Of a DNA stretch of 50,310 nt, positions 44,955 through 50,310 are shown piece by piece; the first letter of the stretch is position 1; the number at the start of each line of letters is the position of its first letter. The notes below the pieces were generated by a model. That model had not been told where the DNA came from and made no database searches. It saw only the letters and a list, made by a program, of their open reading frames with translations. A program made the translations under genes and the position numbers. This DNA comes from Acidobacteria bacterium 13_1_40CM_65_14 (lineage in GTDB: Bacteria; Acidobacteriota; Vicinamibacteria; Vicinamibacterales; CAVVIG01), in the NCBI GenBank assembly GCA_001917905.1, contig MNEX01000282.1, positions 1-50,310 of the forward strand, given 5' to 3'.

Positions 44955-47489
44955 ATGGTGAGAGATCTTCGGCTGGCCGCGCGGATGCTGCTGCGGGAAA
45001 AAGGCTGGACGGCCGTCGTCGTCGTGTCCCTGACGCTTGGCATCGGCGCCAACACCGCCCTGTTCAGCGCGGTCAACGGACTGCTGCTCAGGAAGTTGCC
45101 GGTCCGCGATCCGGACACGCTCGTCCGACTGCGCTATGCGGGCCCGAATCAAGTGAGGACCGATGTCCTCATCTACGGCTTCACGGCGCCGGACGATCGG
45201 GGACGCCAGGTCGAGCCCACCTTCTCGTACCCGATGTACCTGCAGCTCCTCGCCGCCAACCGCACGATGTCGGATCTCTTCGCGTGCGCGCCGTTCGGCC
45301 GCGTGAACGTCGTCGTCGACGGTCAGGCTGAAATCGCGACGGCGTTCATTTCCTCCGGGAACTACTACCAAGCGCTCGGCGCGACCGCGCGACTCGGCCG
45401 CACGATCACGCCGGACGACGATCGACCGACCGCTGCTCCGGTTGCCGTCATCAGCCACAAGTACTGGATGTCGCGGTTCGGCGGCAGCCCGACCGTCGTC
45501 GGGGCGGCGGCCCGAATCAACAACGTCCCCGTCACGATCGTCGGCGTGCTGGCGCCGGAATTCAGCGGCGTTCAGCTGGCGGTCGGCGATGCACCCGATG
45601 TGTCGGTACCTGTCGCGCTCGAGCCGCGGCTCAACCCGGGGCTCACCACGCCGCAGTCGCTGGTGACGCGGCCGACCTTCTGGTGGCTCATGGTGATGGG
45701 CCGGCTGAAGCCGGGCGTCACCGCAGCGCAGGTGCACGGCAATCTGGCCGGCGTCTTTCAGCACACGGCGCGCGAGGGGTTCGACTCGTATCTGTCGTCG
45801 CTGCCGCCAGAGGCGCGATCGCAACCGGATCTGCAGGACCGCACGCAGATTCCCGACCTGCTGGTGGATTCCGGCAGCCACGGCGTCTACGACATCCCGC
45901 TGGCGGATCTCCGCGCGGTCACCGTGCTGACCGCCGTTGTCGCGCTCGTGCTGCTGATCGTCTGCGCCAACGTCACCAACCTGCTCCTCTCGCGTGCGGC
46001 CACGCGGCAGAGGGAACTGTCCGTGCGGCTGGCGCTCGGCGCCACACGTGCGAGACTGGTCCGGCAGCTTCTTACGGAGAGCCTGCTGCTCGCCGCCATC
46101 GGCGGCGCGCTGGGAATCCTGGTCGGACGCTGGGGACAACGGCTGCTGCCGGGCGCAACGGGACAAGCGTCGCCGCTCGACTGGCGCGTGATGGCGTTCG
46201 TCATCACCGTCACCACCGTGACGGGCATCGTGTTCGGTATCGCGCCGGCACTGCGCGCGACGCGAACGGACGTCAACGTCGGGCTCAAAGAGAACAGCCG
46301 GAGCGTCGCCGCCTCACGCAGCCTGCTCGGACGGTCTCTGGTTGTCGCGCAGGTTGCCATCTCGCTCGTGCTCCTCGTCGGCGCGGGATTGTTCCTCCGC
46401 ACGCTGCAGAACCTTCGACATGTGGACCTCGGCTTCAATCCCCGGAACCTGGTGCTCTTCCAGGTCAGCCCGGCGCTCAACCGGTACGACGCCGAGACAC
46501 AAAATCCGCTCTACGATCAGATCGGCGAGCGTCTTCGCGCCATCGCCGGCGTACGCTCGGTCGCGTGGTCGGACCCGAGGCTCATGTCGGCTCGCAGGTT
46601 TTCGAACGGCATCTTCATCCAGGGTCGCCCCTATGCGCGGGGTCAGCGCGACACGATCTCCGGGGTCGTCGTCTCGCCCACGTTTTTCGAGACGATGGAG
46701 ATGTCACTGATCGCCGGCCGCGGCTTCACGCCGCGCGACAATCAAGACGCGCCGCGCGTCGCCGTGATCAACGAAGCGGCTGCACGCAAGTACTTCCCGC
46801 ATGAGTCGCCGATCGGCCGCCGTTTTGGATCGACCCTCGAGGGCAGCGGCAGGCAGGAGATCGTCGGCATCCTTCGGGACGCGAAATACAACAGCGTCCG
46901 CGACGCCGCCGTGCCGACGATGTACGCGCCGTATCTGCAGAGGCCTCAAGGCAGCGCGACCTTCGAGGTGCGGACGGCGGGCGATCCGCTCGCCTCGGTC
47001 GCGGCCATCCGCGACGCGGTCCGAAAGGTCGATGCGAGCCTGCCGCTCATCAACCTGGCGACGCAGCTGGAAGAAGTCGAAGGCCGCTTCCTGCAGGAGA
47101 AGGTGTTCGCGCAGGCGTACACGCTGTTCGGTGGGCTCGCGCTGCTCGTCGCGTCGGTCGGTCTGTTCGGCTTGATGTCGTACAGCGTCGCGCGCCGAAC
47201 CAACGAGATCGGCATCCGCATGGCGCTTGGCGCGCAGCGTCAGGACGTGCTGCGGCTGGTGATGCGCGAATCGATGATCCTCGTGGGCGCGGGCGTCGCG
47301 TTCGGCCTCGGCGGCGCGGTCGCCTCGAGCCGTCTCGTCTCGAGCCTGCTCTTCGGCCTCGCGCCGAACGATCCGATCACGATGGCAGGTGCGATAACCG
47401 TGATGGTGCTCGTATCGGCTCTCGCCGGGTATCTGCCGGCCAGACGTGCGTTACGAATCAATCCGATGGTGGCGCTTCGCTACGAGTAG
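44955..47489 (+). CDS. ADOP-type duplicated ABC permease (no prefix domain)
   Basis: MVRDLRLAAR, LGIGANTALFS, CANVTNLL, EIGIRMALGA and PMVALRYE. Start trimmed to ATG 44955. Confidence 0.92.
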   Translation: MVRDLRLAARMLLREKGWTAVVVVSLTLGIGANTALFSAVNGLLLRKLPVRDPDTLVRLRYAGPNQVRTDVLIYGFTAPDDRGRQVEPTFSYPMYLQLLAANRTMSDLFACAPFGRVNVVVDGQAEIATAFISSGNYYQALGATARLGRTITPDDDRPTAAPVAVISHKYWMSRFGGSPTVVGAAARINNVPVTIVGVLAPEFSGVQLAVGDAPDVSVPVALEPRLNPGLTTPQSLVTRPTFWWLMVMGRLKPGVTAAQVHGNLAGVFQHTAREGFDSYLSSLPPEARSQPDLQDRTQIPDLLVDSGSHGVYDIPLADLRAVTVLTAVVALVLLIVCANVTNLLLSRAATRQRELSVRLALGATRARLVRQLLTESLLLAAIGGALGILVGRWGQRLLPGATGQASPLDWRVMAFVITVTTVTGIVFGIAPALRATRTDVNVGLKENSRSVAASRSLLGRSLVVAQVAISLVLLVGAGLFLRTLQNLRHVDLGFNPRNLVLFQVSPALNRYDAETQNPLYDQIGERLRAIAGVRSVAWSDPRLMSARRFSNGIFIQGRPYARGQRDTISGVVVSPTFFETMEMSLIAGRGFTPRDNQDAPRVAVINEAAARKYFPHESPIGRRFGSTLEGSGRQEIVGILRDAKYNSVRDAAVPTMYAPYLQRPQGSATFEVRTAGDPLASVAAIRDAVRKVDASLPLINLATQLEEVEGRFLQEKVFAQAYTLFGGLALLVASVGLFGLMSYSVARRTNEIGIRMALGAQRQDVLRLVMRESMILVGAGVAFGLGGAVASSRLVSSLLFGLAPNDPITMAGAITVMVLVSALAGYLPARRALRINPMVALRYE

Positions 47490-47495
47490 GGATGA

Positions 47496-48500
47496 TTACT
47501 GCGTGCGCAGCCAGGCGATTGCGCGCTCGACGACTTGGGCGTCGCCCGCCACCATCTCGTCGGGCGTAATCGAATCGCCGTACGACGTGCCGGTGCGATC
47601 CGCCATCACGGCCGTCGTCAAATACAACATCGCGCCGTCGCTCAAGCGATAGGACCCATTCGCGGTCGACAGACCGCAGGTCGCCATGCCGAAGCTGCGC
47701 GCGTTCGGTCTGGCGCGGAACGAGATCGTGACCGCCTCGCCCGAGCTTGCGACGAGATTGTCGGTGAGCACCGCCACGCGCGGCGAGGTCCGTATCAAGA
47801 CGTGCACGCTCGACACCCTCGCCTGCGCGGATCCGTTCACCGTCGCCGCGCCGTTCGAGTACGCCCACTGGGACAACGACCCGCTCGGCGGGATGAAGTA
47901 GCCGGCAACTCCGTCGCCCAACACCGGGCCGACACCGGCGAGCATCGGCCACATGTTGCCACCGCCGTTGCCGCGCAGATCGACGATCCAGCCGGCGAGC
48001 CCCGGCCGATCGGATTCGCGAATCTGATCCTGCACTGAGTCGGCAAACGCGCGGACCGCTGCGATGTCGGTGCCGCCAAACGAACCGACCCGCACGTATC
48101 CGATGTCCGCCGGCACCGCCGGGTTCGACACGGCCGGCGCCGCACACCGCCGGCTCGACGGATTCCCGAGCCCGCTTCCCGACGCCGCCGTGTAGAAGCT
48201 GTGATGATCGTTGAGGAGACCGAGCGCGAGCGAGATCGCCGGATACGTGTCGGCAATCGACTGCGCGCCTTGCGCGCGCGCAAAGACCTGCGCGCGGAAA
48301 TCGGTCCAGTTGATCGTGCTGCGATTGATCGAATTGGCTTCCATCAGGCCGACGACTTCGTTGAGATAGATCGTCGCCGGCGATCCGTTGACGGCCGCCG
48401 ACGTGGGCGACGAAGGCGCCGTTGCCTGCGCGCCGCCGCAGGCAGCCGCGAACAGCGTGACGATGAGGATGAAGACGAGAGCCGCGCGCACGTTCCGCAT
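47496..48500 (-). CDS. S41-family peptidase, putative lipoprotein
   Basis: Lipobox-like FAAAC, DLRGNGGG, ASSGE and ITPD. Confidence 0.88.
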   Translation of the reverse strand: MRNVRAALVFILIVTLFAAACGGAQATAPSSPTSAAVNGSPATIYLNEVVGLMEANSINRSTINWTDFRAQVFARAQGAQSIADTYPAISLALGLLNDHHSFYTAASGSGLGNPSSRRCAAPAVSNPAVPADIGYVRVGSFGGTDIAAVRAFADSVQDQIRESDRPGLAGWIVDLRGNGGGNMWPMLAGVGPVLGDGVAGYFIPPSGSLSQWAYSNGAATVNGSAQARVSSVHVLIRTSPRVAVLTDNLVASSGEAVTISFRARPNARSFGMATCGLSTANGSYRLSDGAMLYLTTAVMADRTGTSYGDSITPDEMVAGDAQVVERAIAWLRTQ

Positions 48501-48544
48501 CGCGCGGCAGTATTGTACGACGAACTTCGGCCGGCGCTAGCGCG

Positions 48545-49021
48545 TCAAAAGAGCGCGTATGAGCACACGTCTTGATCGAAGCCGACGACGACCGGCCGAG
48601 GAATGAACCGGACCGCCGTGCCCATCCCGGTCGCACCCATGATGATGAGCAGGACACCGGCCATCATCGCGCACAGGAAGAGACCGTCGACGCCGTGCTT
48701 CGCCACGATGCCGGCGACGACGATGACGACTGCGCCGGTCGGTCCGGCGATCTGCGTCCGCGATCCGCCGAGCGCCGACACGAGGAAGCCGGTCACGATC
48801 GCCGTGTAGAGTCCTGCCTGCGGAGGCAGTCCGGACGCAATCGCGAAGGCCATCGCGAGCGGCAGCGCGACGAAGCCGACCGTGACGCCGGCGCTGATGT
48901 CGGCGATGGCGATGGATCGGTTGTAGCCGCGAATCGCCGTGAACAGCCGCGGCAGCAGCTGGCGGCGCGCCAACGCACGCAGCAGCGGGACGCGCGCGAG
49001 CCGCGCTGGCAACTGGGTCAT
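48545..49021 (-). pseudogene. Truncated SulP/SLC26 anion transporter (N-terminal fragment)
   Basis: DISAGVTVGFVALPLAMAFAIASG..GLYTA..GGS..QIAGPTG..FIPRPVVVGF, then unrelated residues and a stop at 158 aa. Confidence 0.8.
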
Positions 49022-49022
49022 G

Positions 49023-49667
49023 TCACACAGCCGCCGGTCGACCTCGCGGGTAGTCGATGTACCGCGCGGTCTCGTCGGCGACCTCGCGCCCGCACAGCCG
49101 CTCGACCACGTCGAAGGCCATGTCGATGCCCGCCGACACGCCGGCCGACGACACGATGCCGTCGCTGACCACGCGCGCATCGCGCTCGACCTGAATCGAC
49201 GGATCGAGCGAGGCGAGCAGATCGAGCGCCGCCCAGTGCGTCGTGGCGCGCCGACGGGTGAGCAGTCCCGTTTGCGCCAGTAGGAGCGCGCCCGTGCACA
49301 CGGACGTGACGAGCGACGCGCGCGCCGCCACCGACCGAATCCACGCGAGCGTCGTGTAGTCGTTGAGCAGCGCGCGCGTCCCGAACCCGCCGGGGATGAC
49401 CACGATGTCAATCGGCGGCGCGGCGTCCCACGCGTAGGTCGGCGTCACTTTCAATCCGCCAATCGCCGTCACGACGTCACTGGTGCGCGCGATGGTGAAG
49501 ACCTCGAACGGCGCGCTGTCGTCGCTGCGACGCGAATCCGCTCCCGGCACGAGCCGCGTGCGGGAGAACACTTCGAACGGACCGGCGAAGTCGAGCACCT
49601 CGACGTCGTCGAAGATCAAAATGCCGACGGTCTGCTTCTTTGTCACAGCTCCTTCGTCGTTTGTCAC
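49023..49667 (-). CDS. DJ-1/PfpI family protein
   Basis: EVLDFAGPFEVF, IPGG.G, SVCTGA, ATTHW and SAGVSAGID. The start may be GTG 49646. Confidence 0.93.
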   Translation of the reverse strand: MTNDEGAVTKKQTVGILIFDDVEVLDFAGPFEVFSRTRLVPGADSRRSDDSAPFEVFTIARTSDVVTAIGGLKVTPTYAWDAAPPIDIVVIPGGFGTRALLNDYTTLAWIRSVAARASLVTSVCTGALLLAQTGLLTRRRATTHWAALDLLASLDPSIQVERDARVVSDGIVSSAGVSAGIDMAFDVVERLCGREVADETARYIDYPRGRPAAV

Positions 49668-49700
49668 AATTCCTTCGTCGTTGTCACAATTCCTTCGTCA
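49640..49700. repeat. Three ~20-bp direct repeats at the GNAT/DJ-1 junction
   Basis: ttgtcacagctccttcgtcgt / ttgtcacaattccttcgtcg / ttgtcacaattccttcgtca. Confidence 0.85.
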
Positions 49701-50151
49701 TCAGCATGAAATGCGCCGGCTTGGTGAGCTTCGCTTCCTCAAACGGCATGGTGCCACAGTCTGTATAGCCAAGGGTTCGATAGAAGCCTGGCAGCTCCGT
49801 CCGGAGATTGACGATCTTGATGTCGACCGCCCGGCATCCGGCAGCGCGGCAGTACTGCTCCGCGGCCGCCATCATCCGTCGTCCGATTCCGCGTCTGTGC
49901 AGGCTCGGCTGCACCGCCAGCATACCGATGTAGCCGCGCTCGCCGCCCGGCTCGACGTAGATGCACGCGTCGGCGCCGCCGCCGTCGCCGTCGGCAATTA
50001 GAAACGTGCCCTTCTCGAGGTAGCTCGCGACATCGTCGATGTCGGTGCGATCGCGATCGACGAAGCGCCGTTCGACGACGAACGCGGCGTTGATCAGGGA
50101 CACGAGCAGCGGGACGTCGGTGATGGTCGCGGTGCGAATCGTATTCGTCAT
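49684..50151 (-). CDS. GNAT family N-acetyltransferase
   Basis: MLAVQPSLHRRGIGRRMM (motif A) and FYRTLGY. Confidence 0.9.
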   Translation of the reverse strand: MTNTIRTATITDVPLLVSLINAAFVVERRFVDRDRTDIDDVASYLEKGTFLIADGDGGGADACIYVEPGGERGYIGMLAVQPSLHRRGIGRRMMAAAEQYCRAAGCRAVDIKIVNLRTELPGFYRTLGYTDCGTMPFEEAKLTKPAHFMLMTKEL

Positions 50152-50162
50152 CTTTTTTCAAC

Positions 50163-50250
50163 GGCGCTGGGGCCCCACCCCCAGCGCGAACTGACGCTGA
50201 CGCCTCGCCTCGGATTCCCATGTCCTCGGCTCGGCGTGGCCGCAGGCGCG
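50163..50250. repeat. Subfamily-B hairpin repeat
   Basis: Core at 50169-50182. The tail is shared with 22935-23060. Confidence 0.85.
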
Positions 50251-50310
50251 TCACCGGCTCGCGCCGAATCGCTCCGCCGCTCGCGCGCGCGCCTGCGCGG
50301 CGACCTCGTC

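Noticed and set aside
49022-49411. 288-aa ORF suggesting a SulP fusion
   Set aside because: The upstream part is an alternative frame over the DJ-1 gene. SulP similarity begins after ATG 49021.
49640-49700. CRISPR-like arrays (also 27368-27515)
   Set aside because: Units are contiguous or only duplicated, with no unique spacers and no cas genes.
1-50310. tRNA, rRNA, prophage, integrase or defence-system genes
   Set aside because: No recognisable signatures were seen by eye. tRNAscan, Rfam and DefenseFinder were not run.

Overview
GC-rich bacterial chromosomal window. The PadR plus ADOP-type ABC permeases, the HU type and the repeat families suggest Acidobacteriota, probably Vicinamibacterales (inference). 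It has four blocks. (1) 1-13.7 kb, all on the minus strand, is an unusually elaborate K+ (and Mg2+) homeostasis locus: c-di-AMP (ydaO) riboswitch, KimA-like K+ transporter, N-terminally truncated KdpD, KdpE, an APC-transporter/MgtE fusion, a kdpE relic, a USP-like small protein, a second APC permease, a USP-like/outer-membrane beta-barrel fusion, an unannotated 32-aa membrane peptide, kdpF and kdpA (runs off the edge). Three promoters in this block share 11-bp-phased boxes. (2) 13.7-27.4 kb is housekeeping: der, HU, site-2 protease, priA, udg, coaBC, rpoZ, gmk, yicC, MsbA-like ABC, galE, ugd. (3) 27.7-37.3 kb is a surface-polysaccharide cluster with five glycosyltransferases, a WcaJ-like priming transferase and UDP-GlcA decarboxylase, interrupted by a membrane-anchored serine protease. 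(4) 37.4-50.3 kb is accessory: YtrA-type GntR/ABC operon, phosphatase, PadR and two ADOP permeases, S41 peptidase, truncated SulP, DJ-1 and GNAT. The window is dense in small repeats: two copies of a CTAG-bounded MITE, GTAG-type REPs inserted in frame in genes, short tandem-repeat hairpins, and a covarying GGGGGTGGGGCCCC hairpin repeatedly placed just upstream of SD-less start codons. No rRNA, tRNA, CRISPR array or transposase gene was seen. All calls are by eye; no database search was run.
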